DNA of 40,000 bases from contig CAWAYK010000008.1 in assembly GCA_963786215.1 (NCBI GenBank), positions 166,693-206,692 on the forward strand, read 5' to 3'. Every line of letters begins with the position of its first letter. The stretch's first letter is position 1. The stretch is from an uncultured Acidobacteriota bacterium (GTDB lineage Bacteria; Acidobacteriota; Terriglobia; Acidiferrales; UBA7541). Positions 27,718-35,713 of the stretch are shown one piece after another. Both the position numbers and the translations under genes were made by a program. The notes below the pieces were generated by a model. The model had not been told where the DNA came from, did no database searches, and saw only the letters and a program-made list of their open reading frames with translations.

Positions 27718-28056
27718 AGAGGAATCAAGGCGATAGAGAGTGCCTGAATGAAGCCTACGCCAGCGCCGATTGTAACTGGTGAAACTCTACACATATGCTT
27801 ACCAGTTCGCGCGCATCCTTTATGGGCCAAATATCGCGTCTTCAGCTCCCAAAGTTCGCTTGTAACGATTCCGGTATGCGGATGGCGCGCACACATGTCG
27901 CAAAAGGATGATTAGCATTACCTTCGGGACAAGAAGCACATTTCCCTTTCTACCATTTCAGCGAGGATATAGCAGGCACCTTAAATACAATGCCGGCTGC
28001 CCTCTCACCAGGGAGCCCGCTTGTGAGACCAGAGTCGCTCGGCGCATAATTGTGGG

Positions 28057-28881
28057 ATGAGCTGTTTACCACGATCTGGCGGCTGCGAGAAGCCACTCAC
28101 TGACGCATTCGCGAATCATCTAAACGAAGCGGAAGGCGCTCGCTTTGTCCATCGGACCTGTTTGGATATTGCCGATAGACAGAATCCTCAACCTGAGGCT
28201 TTGTACGTGGATTCAGGGAATAACATTGAACTCGTCATCGAGAGAAAGTCGATTTCTTCACCAGTTGATTTTGTTCACAGACACAGCAATGACCACTTCG
28301 TTTCCGAACTTTTTGAGGCAAAGCTGAAGGACCTTCCGTTCGATGACCTCTATGAAATAGGCCTTCCGATGCTGATAAGCGGAACTCAACCACAATTGCG
28401 CGCATTTGTATTGGCAGCAGTTCAAAGTATTCGATCGCATTGGCCGATCGCAGAAGGAATGGTTCTCAAGTCGCGTCCCGGCAAAAGGTGGTGGTCGTAC
28501 AAAAGAGTTCCCGAGTGGAACAGATTGGACGGTGCTCCGAGCAAGGGTTTGCAATTCACATGGTCAGAGCCGCCCACAAGTCAGCCGGATTGTATCGACG
28601 CCGCAAATCCTCCACAACATATCGCTTTTGCTTTGCAGAACATCTATTCAAGCTGTGTGAAGAAATTTGCTACTTATCCCAATGCAAGGCGAATCCTTGT
28701 GCTTGATCCGTACGGAGAATTGAGATACCAGAACGCAGACTGGTGGCGTGATCTGTTCTCCGTCCTACCACCTCCGACCGAGATCGAAGAGATATGGTCA
28801 GGTATGTTCGATTGGATTACAGAGAAATCGGAGGGATGGACTTTTGAACGTCTACACTGTCAGAATGACGTGATTGCGTAG
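28057..28881 (+). CDS. Hypothetical protein (274 aa) with D-x9-ExK string
   Basis: Intact ORF near the right TIR. YVDSGNNIELVIERKS resembles a PD-(D/E)XK core, but this is only a motif-level hint. Confidence 0.45.
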   Translation: MSCLPRSGGCEKPLTDAFANHLNEAEGARFVHRTCLDIADRQNPQPEALYVDSGNNIELVIERKSISSPVDFVHRHSNDHFVSELFEAKLKDLPFDDLYEIGLPMLISGTQPQLRAFVLAAVQSIRSHWPIAEGMVLKSRPGKRWWSYKRVPEWNRLDGAPSKGLQFTWSEPPTSQPDCIDAANPPQHIAFALQNIYSSCVKKFATYPNARRILVLDPYGELRYQNADWWRDLFSVLPPPTEIEEIWSGMFDWITEKSEGWTFERLHCQNDVIA

Positions 28882-28982
28882 GGCAAAGATCCCGTCCCCA
28901 CGCTTCTCCTTCAGCCCCTCCGCCCCGCACGCACGCTATCCCGCCCATCGCCGCTCTTCATTGGCAACCAGCGCTTAAGTGG

Positions 28983-29019
28983 GGGGAGGGGGCATTTTGC
29001 CGTCGCCATACACTAACCC
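28983..29019. repeat. Casposon right terminal inverted repeat
   Basis: ggggagggggcattttgccgtcgccatacactaaccc is the exact reverse complement of 16089-16125. Confidence 0.9.
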
Positions 29020-29033
29020 TCCGAATCTTTGAC
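29020..29033. repeat. Right copy of 14-bp target-site duplication
   Basis: tccgaatctttgac is identical to 16075-16088. Confidence 0.85.
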
Positions 29034-29064
29034 TACCGCTTCTGCTGCGCTTACACTTGCGAGG

Positions 29065-29859
29065 ATGGGTTCACGCTCTCGGTATCCGGGCACTTTCGGT
29101 TCTCGCGTCAGTTGGGGCGGGATGCTTACTCCTGCCATCCGCAACATCGTTATCGCCTGCACCGCTGTTTTTTTTCTGCAGTCCATTACCAAGCTGGTTT
29201 TACCGCCGGAATATACGGCGATGTTCAATCATTATTTCGGGCTGGTTCCCTGGTACGTCACGCGACGCTTTTTTGTTTGGCAGCTCTTCACATATCTTTT
29301 CCTGCACGCGACCATCTGGCACCTGCTCTTCAACATGCTTTTCCTTTATTTCTTCGGGATGGATTTGGAAAAGACGTGGGGCAAGCGGCGGTTCTATGAA
29401 TATTATTTTCTGACCGGAATTGGCGCCGGCTTTATCAACGTCTTGGTGAAATCGATCCTCGATCCTCATGGGACTGGATTTTCATTCACGATTCCTACGA
29501 TCGGCGCATCCGGCGCTATTTACGGAGTGCTGATTGCCGCGGGAATTATGTTTCCTGATCGTCAGGTATGGCTCATACCATTTCCAATCATGATACCGAT
29601 GAAACTTCTGGTGGCGGGATCGATTGCCATTGAATTCTTTTTATCTCTGGAAGTGGGCGGCGACAATGTCAGCCACATCACGCACCTGGGCGGAGCGCTG
29701 GTGGGCTATTTGTACCTGAGGCGCGGATTGTTTCTGTATCGTTTCCGCAATGATTATCTGGATTGGAAACGCCGCCGCGCGCGGCGCAAATTCGAAGTTT
29801 ACATGCGCGAGCACAAAGATGAGCCACCGCGCGATTCCGATGATCGCTGGGTGAATTAG
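29065..29859 (+). CDS. Rhomboid family intramembrane serine protease
   Basis: GASGAIYGVL (GxSG) and HLGGALVGYLY catalytic blocks in a multi-TM protein. The start is uncertain: ATG 29065 is preferred, with 29029 TTG and 29122 ATG as alternatives. Confidence 0.85.
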   Translation: MGSRSRYPGTFGSRVSWGGMLTPAIRNIVIACTAVFFLQSITKLVLPPEYTAMFNHYFGLVPWYVTRRFFVWQLFTYLFLHATIWHLLFNMLFLYFFGMDLEKTWGKRRFYEYYFLTGIGAGFINVLVKSILDPHGTGFSFTIPTIGASGAIYGVLIAAGIMFPDRQVWLIPFPIMIPMKLLVAGSIAIEFFLSLEVGGDNVSHITHLGGALVGYLYLRRGLFLYRFRNDYLDWKRRRARRKFEVYMREHKDEPPRDSDDRWVN

Positions 29860-29872
29860 GTTTAAGTAGCGC

Positions 29873-29928
29873 GGGCTTCAGCCTGCGGGGTTTAGGCCTT
29901 GCAGGGCCTAAAATCCACAGGCTGAAGC
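29873..29928. terminator. Long nested hairpin between convergent rhomboid and pyk genes (bidirectional terminator candidate)
   Basis: ggcttcagcctgcgg (29873-29887) pairs with ccacaggctgaagcc (29914-29928) at 14/15. An inner palindrome tttaggcc...ggcctaaa is nested inside. Confidence 0.6.
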
Positions 29929-29949
29929 CTATGCCACAAAAAACAACTC

Positions 29950-31395
29950 CTACCGATTCACGCGGCGCAGTCGCCCTTCGTCGCTTCCCACCACGAGAAA
30001 TTTCATGAAGTTCGTTGTGCCGCCTACGAAAAGTGGAGTTCCCGCCACGATTCCAACCACATCTCCCGGTTTAACCATGCCCTCTTCGAGTAGGCGTTTC
30101 TCCGCGACTTGAATCAGTTCTTCGATATCTTGCACTTTGCCAATGGTGCGCGGAACGACGCCCCAATTCAGGGACATCCGGCGGCGCGTTTCCTGAATCG
30201 TCGAAAAGGCAATAATCGGGCGGCGCGGGCGATGCTTGGAAACCAATCGCGCCGTGGAGCCCGTTTCGGTGAACACGGCGATCACTTTCATGTGTAGTTC
30301 TTCGGAAGCATGGCAAATCAGTTCGGATGCGGTTTCCGCGATGTTGAATTGCGCGGGGCATGGACGAAGCACGTGCGAATTATTGGCTTCCGCCTCGCGA
30401 ATAATTCGGTCCATCATTTCCACAGCTTCAAGCGGATAGGCTCCGGAGGCAGTCTCAGCGGAAAGCATCAGTGCGTCGCTGCCATCGAATACAGCGTTAG
30501 CCACGTCGGATGCTTCCGCGCGGGTAGGCCGAGGATTCAGTGTCATAGACTCAAGCATCTGAGTCGCTGTGATCACCGGGCGGCGCGCTTCGCATGCACG
30601 CGCAATGATCTGCTTTTGCACGACCGGCACTTTTTCCGGACTCATTTCCACGCCCAAATCGCCGCGCGCCACCATCACTCCATCGGATACATTCAGAATC
30701 TCGTCCAGATGTTCGATGGCCTCCGGTTTTTCCAGCTTGGCGATGACTGGAATATCGTGCTTCGCCGCCAAAATGGCTTTCTTTGCCTGCAGCACATCTT
30801 TTGCATCGCGCACGAAGCTGACGGCAATAAAATTCGCGCCCTGCTCCAACGCAAAAATAAGGTCTTTGTGGTCTTTCAGGGTTACGGCCGGAATTTTTAA
30901 TTTCACTCCGGGCAAATTGATGCCCTTGTGCTCGCCTAACAATCCGCCGTTGATCACTTTGCAATGCACTTCCGTTGAAGTCGTCGAAAGCACATGCAAT
31001 TCAATGAGGCCATCGCCCAGAAGGATGCGGTCGCCGCGCGAAACGTCACGCGCCATGCGCTTGTATGTGGTGCTGACGCCCTCTGCCGTGCCGGCAATGG
31101 TCTTGATCGAAATGGTAAAGCGCTGGCCCGAGACCAATTGCACCGGCTGTCTCCCCTTCAACAGACCGGTACGAATCTTCGGCCCTTGCAGGTCGGCGAG
31201 AATTCCAATGGGCTTCGAGAGACGTGCGGAGGCTTCACGGATTCGCTTGATCACAAGCGCATGATCATCATGCGTTCCATGCGAAAAATTAAGCCGGGCC
31301 ACGTCCATTCCGGCTCGCATCAAGCGCTCGATCATTTCTGAAGAATTACTGGCGGGTCCTAGAGTGCAGACAATTTTAGCGGAGCGAAAATTCAT
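29950..31395 (-). CDS. pyk: Pyruvate kinase
   Basis: KIVCTLGPAS, MDVARLNFSHG, LQGPKIRTG, MVARGDLGVE and the C-terminal regulatory domain. 481 aa, intact. Confidence 0.95.
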   Translation of the reverse strand: MNFRSAKIVCTLGPASNSSEMIERLMRAGMDVARLNFSHGTHDDHALVIKRIREASARLSKPIGILADLQGPKIRTGLLKGRQPVQLVSGQRFTISIKTIAGTAEGVSTTYKRMARDVSRGDRILLGDGLIELHVLSTTSTEVHCKVINGGLLGEHKGINLPGVKLKIPAVTLKDHKDLIFALEQGANFIAVSFVRDAKDVLQAKKAILAAKHDIPVIAKLEKPEAIEHLDEILNVSDGVMVARGDLGVEMSPEKVPVVQKQIIARACEARRPVITATQMLESMTLNPRPTRAEASDVANAVFDGSDALMLSAETASGAYPLEAVEMMDRIIREAEANNSHVLRPCPAQFNIAETASELICHASEELHMKVIAVFTETGSTARLVSKHRPRRPIIAFSTIQETRRRMSLNWGVVPRTIGKVQDIEELIQVAEKRLLEEGMVKPGDVVGIVAGTPLFVGGTTNFMKFLVVGSDEGRLRRVNR

Positions 31396-31453
31396 GTTTG
31401 TTTTTTATCCAATCCCGATCAGCCTGGAAGGGGGGTAAGTTTCGTTTTGTTCG

Positions 31454-32881
31454 CTATTTCGTCGACGCGAAGTCGGCTACCACATGATATAGGAAGATGA
31501 CGCCTTTGTGAAATCCGTCGATGGGCATCCGTTCATTATCGGCGTGCACTCGCGAACTATCATCTTCCATCATGGGAAAAGGTTCGAGTCCGTAGGCTTG
31601 CACTTTATGCAATCGCAGGCTTGCGGAGTCCGTCGCTCCCGTTCCCATAATTGGCAAGGTGATGGCGCCGGGAAATTCCTGCGGCGTGAGCCGCTCGATG
31701 GTCTGAAATAATGGCGATTTCAGATCCGACGGAGGCGCATTTTCTCCAGCATCGGGTGCAAGCTGGAACTTGATTTGCGGATCGTTCACGATTTTTGTGA
31801 ATTGCCCCATCAGTTCTTCGATGGAGTGGCCGGGAAGCATTCTGATATTCAAATTCGCCGATGCTTCCGACGGAACCACATTCACGCGTACGCCGGCCTG
31901 CAACATCGTGGGCGCGATCGTATCGCGCAGCATGGAATTCCACATGGGGCTTTGCTCGGCAAGATGCTTTACGGCAAGGTCCGCGCGTTCCGGTTGCTCC
32001 AGGGCGCGCATCCATTTGCCAATTTCGTCATCTTCTACTTTTGAAAGCTGTTCGAAATAACGCAGCGTGATGGTGTTGGGTTGCGGTGGCACTTGATACG
32101 TTCCCAATTTTTGGACAGCAGCCGCCAAATGGACTACGGCGTTATCCGGCTTGGGCAGGGAACCGTGTCCTGAGGATCCCGTCGCCGTGACAATCACGTT
32201 GTACGCTATTTTTTCGCTGGCCTGAACGCCAACGTACTGCACCTTGCCGTTCTTGACCATCACCCGCCCGCCCTCATTCAAAGAATAGGCACAGGCAATC
32301 TTGTCCCAGTATTTCTGAACAGCGATCTTGATGCTTGCCGAACCGCCTTGTTCTTCGTCATCGGTGGCAAGAAAGAGAATGTCGCGCGCGAGGCGCGCTT
32401 TGCTGCGCTTCAACTGAACCATGGTGGCGATGTTCGCGGCGAGCATGGCTTTGTCATCCACCGCACCACGCCCCCACATGTAACCGTCGCGAATGGTTGC
32501 GGCAAAAGGATCGACTGTCCATTTCGAGGCATCAACGCCGACCGTATCCTGATGGGCAACGAGAAGTAGCGCATTCGTGGGATCGGGCAGAGGACCCGCC
32601 TGCAAGCGGGCGACAACAATGCTTCGGCCCGGAGCCATTTCGAGCATCTCGTTCGAAATGCCTTCTTTCGCAAATATGGCCGAAATATATTTCGCGACAG
32701 CTGCCTCGTTGCCCGGCGGATTTACGGAATTAATGCGCACCAGATCGCTGAGCCAGCCCTGTGCTTCATCGGCCAATTTGTTCAGGTCAGGCGTTGCTAC
32801 CGGCGCTTGCGCATGCGCGCTCACGGCAGCGAGCACGGTCAACGCGGCTGTCAAAAGTATCCGGCCTGCACGATGGAACAT
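31454..32881 (-). CDS. M20-family metallopeptidase, secreted
   Basis: RBS GGAGG before ATG 32881, then a signal peptide. Blocks LLLVAHQDTVGVD and WGRGAVDDKAML are typical of M20 peptidases. Confidence 0.8.
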   Translation of the reverse strand: MFHRAGRILLTAALTVLAAVSAHAQAPVATPDLNKLADEAQGWLSDLVRINSVNPPGNEAAVAKYISAIFAKEGISNEMLEMAPGRSIVVARLQAGPLPDPTNALLLVAHQDTVGVDASKWTVDPFAATIRDGYMWGRGAVDDKAMLAANIATMVQLKRSKARLARDILFLATDDEEQGGSASIKIAVQKYWDKIACAYSLNEGGRVMVKNGKVQYVGVQASEKIAYNVIVTATGSSGHGSLPKPDNAVVHLAAAVQKLGTYQVPPQPNTITLRYFEQLSKVEDDEIGKWMRALEQPERADLAVKHLAEQSPMWNSMLRDTIAPTMLQAGVRVNVVPSEASANLNIRMLPGHSIEELMGQFTKIVNDPQIKFQLAPDAGENAPPSDLKSPLFQTIERLTPQEFPGAITLPIMGTGATDSASLRLHKVQAYGLEPFPMMEDDSSRVHADNERMPIDGFHKGVIFLYHVVADFASTK

Positions 32882-33149
32882 TTCGCAATCCTCCGAACTA
32901 TAATTCTTCCATGGTCGCAACTTATTCATCGTACCATGCGTCCTTGAATTGCAAGCCTGCGCATGCGACCGAGTGTGCCGCGATCAAAACCCGGACGCTC
33001 CAAAATGGTGGCGGAAATTGCCGAATCAATTGAACATCCCGAAGCTTCGTGGCAGCATCGTATGTGCAAGATAAACATCTTCATACGGGCTTTCGGCCGG
33101 GTGCAAAATTTATGGTGTTTAGCGCCATATTCATGAGGTCCAGCTAGAT

Positions 33150-34250
33150 ATGCGATCGCTCACTGCCCCACTCACGCTTCGAAGAATCGTTTTGAGCGTA
33201 ATCATGCTTACCCTTGGCGTCCCTCCTGGCGCAGTTTCCGCATGGGCGCAGGATCAGAATAAGAACAAGCAGGACCAGGGCAAACAGGATCAGGGTAAGG
33301 ATAAGCAGGCGCCGCCCGAGCAGACCGGGCCCGGCTTTTCGATTTCCGTTACTGTTCCGGTCGTGAGCCTGGACGTGGTGGTGACGGACAATAATGGGAA
33401 CTATTTAAAGGACCTCAAGAAGGAAAATTTCCGTGTCACCGAAGACGGCACGGTGCAAACCATCACCAGTTTCGCGCCATCGGAAGCCCCCATCACCATC
33501 GTCCTTCTGCTCGAGTTCAGCAAGCTCGGCTATCAATTCTTTGCTTATAATGCGCGCAACTGGTCCGCTGCTTTTTTAAGCAATTTGAAACCAAATGATT
33601 GGGTGGCGCTCGAATCTTTCAATATGCGCTCCAACGTGGAAGTGGACTTCACCCATAACCGCGATGAAATCATGCAGGGACTTTACTCGATGGTGTTTCC
33701 GCCGTTCAGCGAATCAAATCTTTTCGACGCGCTTTGCGACGTGCTGGACCGCACCAAAGATGTAAAAGGCAAGAAGGCAGTCCTTGTTCTCGCTTCGGGG
33801 ATCGATACGTTCAGCAAGCTGAATCTGGATGAAACGCTGAAACGTATTCGGGAAACCGACGCCACGATCTTTACAGTCGGCGTCGGCGAACAGCTTTTTA
33901 TCAATCAGGCCCCGGGAGCATTCGGCCAGCAATTGACTTACATTCAGGCGCAAAATCAGTTGAAAACATTTGCGGCCATGACGGGTGGACGTAACTGGCT
34001 GCCCCGTTTTGATGGTGAAATTCCCAGCATCATGCAGGATGTGGCGGCAAGCCTGCGCAATCAATACAGCCTGGCATATTCCCCAACAAATTCGACGCTT
34101 GACGGCAAATACCGCAAAATAAAAGTGGATCTGGTTGCGCCCGACGGTGGACCGCTGACCGTTCTCAACGATAAAGGCAAGAAGGTCAAATTTCTGGTTT
34201 ATTCGCGGCAGGGCTACACGGCTCCGAAATCCAACATAGAAACGAAATAG
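33150..34250 (+). CDS. VWA domain protein (acidobacterial VWFA-related, TIGR03436-like)
   Basis: Signal peptide and a low-complexity QDQGK linker. VVSLDVVVTDNNGNYLKDLKKENFRVTEDGTVQTITSF and a VWA-like core follow. Confidence 0.8.
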   Translation: MRSLTAPLTLRRIVLSVIMLTLGVPPGAVSAWAQDQNKNKQDQGKQDQGKDKQAPPEQTGPGFSISVTVPVVSLDVVVTDNNGNYLKDLKKENFRVTEDGTVQTITSFAPSEAPITIVLLLEFSKLGYQFFAYNARNWSAAFLSNLKPNDWVALESFNMRSNVEVDFTHNRDEIMQGLYSMVFPPFSESNLFDALCDVLDRTKDVKGKKAVLVLASGIDTFSKLNLDETLKRIRETDATIFTVGVGEQLFINQAPGAFGQQLTYIQAQNQLKTFAAMTGGRNWLPRFDGEIPSIMQDVAASLRNQYSLAYSPTNSTLDGKYRKIKVDLVAPDGGPLTVLNDKGKKVKFLVYSRQGYTAPKSNIETK

Positions 34251-34295
34251 CCGCGGCTCGCTGTGGGGCGGCATTCCTCGGCCAACTTCGCCATT

Positions 34296-35459
34296 ATGAC
34301 AACTCCGGCGCGCTTCGAAACGACTCGCCCATTTCTGCGTTCAAAACTTTTCTGGATTTTCCCTTTCTTGATTATCCTGCTTGCTTTTGGAATTTATTTT
34401 CTGCGCTTTGAACTTCGCAGCGCCGCATTCCTGATTCAATTTCTGAATCCCAAGGCGAAGGGACTTCTGGTGCGACTCGAGCGCCATGAATTCGATACTC
34501 AAGAATTAACGCTTTCCACTTCACAAGGCCCGGTCCGCGCAAGATTGTATTTGCCTCGAGGAGTCGCTCGTCCGCCGGGCATGGTGCTGGTCCACGGGAT
34601 TCATCACTTGGGAATGGATGAGCCTCGTCTCGTAAATTTCGCGCGCGCCGCGGCGAGCGACGGATTTTCGGTATTGACTCCGGAAGTCGTGGCCCTCGCC
34701 GATTACCATGTCGATAGCACATCGATCAGTACAATCGGTGAATCGAGCGCCTGGCTGCAAGATCATCTGAACACCGGGCCCGTAACCGTCGTTGGCGTGA
34801 GCTTCGCGGGAGGGCTTTCCCTTCTTGCCGCGTGCGATCCGCGCTACGCGCCTCACATTCGAACTCTTGTTCTGATCGGCGCCTATGACAACCTGGCGCG
34901 CGTGGTGCGATTCCTGGCCACAAGCAAAGCGGTATTTCCGGACGGCCGCGTAGAAGCGTACAAGGCGCACGATTACGGCGCCGCCGTGTTTGTGTACTCG
35001 AATCTCAATATGTTTTTCCCTGCGAGCGATCTGGGAGTCGCGCATGACGCCCTCCGCGATTGGCTCTGGGAGCAGCCTGCCAAGGCGCAAGCGTTATTTT
35101 CGCGGCTCAGCCCGCCAAGCCGTGCAACGCTGGAAATTCTGTTCGCAAGAAAAATCGACCAGTTGCAGCCGCAATTGCTGGAAGCAATTCAGGCAGACGA
35201 TTCGCAACTCTCCGCAATTTCGCCCGAGGGCAAACTGGCCGCGCTGCGCGCCCCCGTTTTTATTCTGCACGGCTCGACCGACGATATTATTCCCTCCACA
35301 GAAAGCTTGTGGCTGGAAAAAGATATCCCCCATGCCTATTTGCGCGATGCGCTCATCACGCCCGCATTTTCGCACGTGGATCCCGACAAAAATGCGGTGT
35401 GGGCCGATCAGTTGCGCCTTGTGGAATTTCTGGCGGGCGTCCTGCGCGCCGCGAATTAG
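34296..35459 (+). CDS. Alpha/beta-hydrolase-fold protein (hypothetical), N-terminal TM anchor
   Basis: VLVHGIHHLG, nucleophile-elbow-like GVSFAGG and ILHGSTDDIIP. The start is ATG 34296 or GTG 34263. Confidence 0.6.
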   Translation: MTTPARFETTRPFLRSKLFWIFPFLIILLAFGIYFLRFELRSAAFLIQFLNPKAKGLLVRLERHEFDTQELTLSTSQGPVRARLYLPRGVARPPGMVLVHGIHHLGMDEPRLVNFARAAASDGFSVLTPEVVALADYHVDSTSISTIGESSAWLQDHLNTGPVTVVGVSFAGGLSLLAACDPRYAPHIRTLVLIGAYDNLARVVRFLATSKAVFPDGRVEAYKAHDYGAAVFVYSNLNMFFPASDLGVAHDALRDWLWEQPAKAQALFSRLSPPSRATLEILFARKIDQLQPQLLEAIQADDSQLSAISPEGKLAALRAPVFILHGSTDDIIPSTESLWLEKDIPHAYLRDALITPAFSHVDPDKNAVWADQLRLVEFLAGVLRAAN

Positions 35460-35580
35460 TTGCGGAGCATTTTGCAGAGAGAACTTGGGATTGTGGGGAA
35501 GAGAAATAGAATTAGAAAAATGCAAAAAGTTAATCTGCGATGTAGAGCAACGCAAGATTGTAATTGACTAGAAAAAGAAA

Positions 35581-35712
35581 ATTGAAATCTAAAACCTCAA
35601 ATTTGAAATCCCAAATTTCAAAACTCAAACCTGACTTTCAAAATTTCAAATCTCAAATGTGAAATTTCAAATTACGATTTACAAATCACGAGTCACAATT
35701 CACCAATCACAT
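35581..35712. repeat. AT-rich degenerate short-repeat tract (caaattt/gaaat and aatcac units)
   Basis: Visible reiteration of tcaaatttgaaat-like and caaatcac-like units between two convergent genes. Confidence 0.5.
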
Positions 35713-35713
35713 C

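Larger units (their letters stand above)
16089..29019. mobile_element. Casposon-like self-synthesizing transposon (Cas1 + PolB), 12,931 bp
   Basis: Perfect 37-bp TIRs, a perfect 14-bp TSD, and a Cas1-like ORF, PolB, HNH and HTH ORFs inside. The region is visibly more AT-rich than the flanks (by eye, not computed). Confidence 0.85.

Noticed and set aside
27666-27896. 76-aa minus-strand ORF in the gap between the cargo genes
   Set aside because: It overlaps the 3' end of the 305-aa ORF, has no RBS and has no recognisable features. It is likely spurious.
30236-31341. Several plus-strand ORFs of 60-231 aa
   Set aside because: All lie antisense to the clearly recognisable pyruvate kinase gene, and none has protein-like composition.
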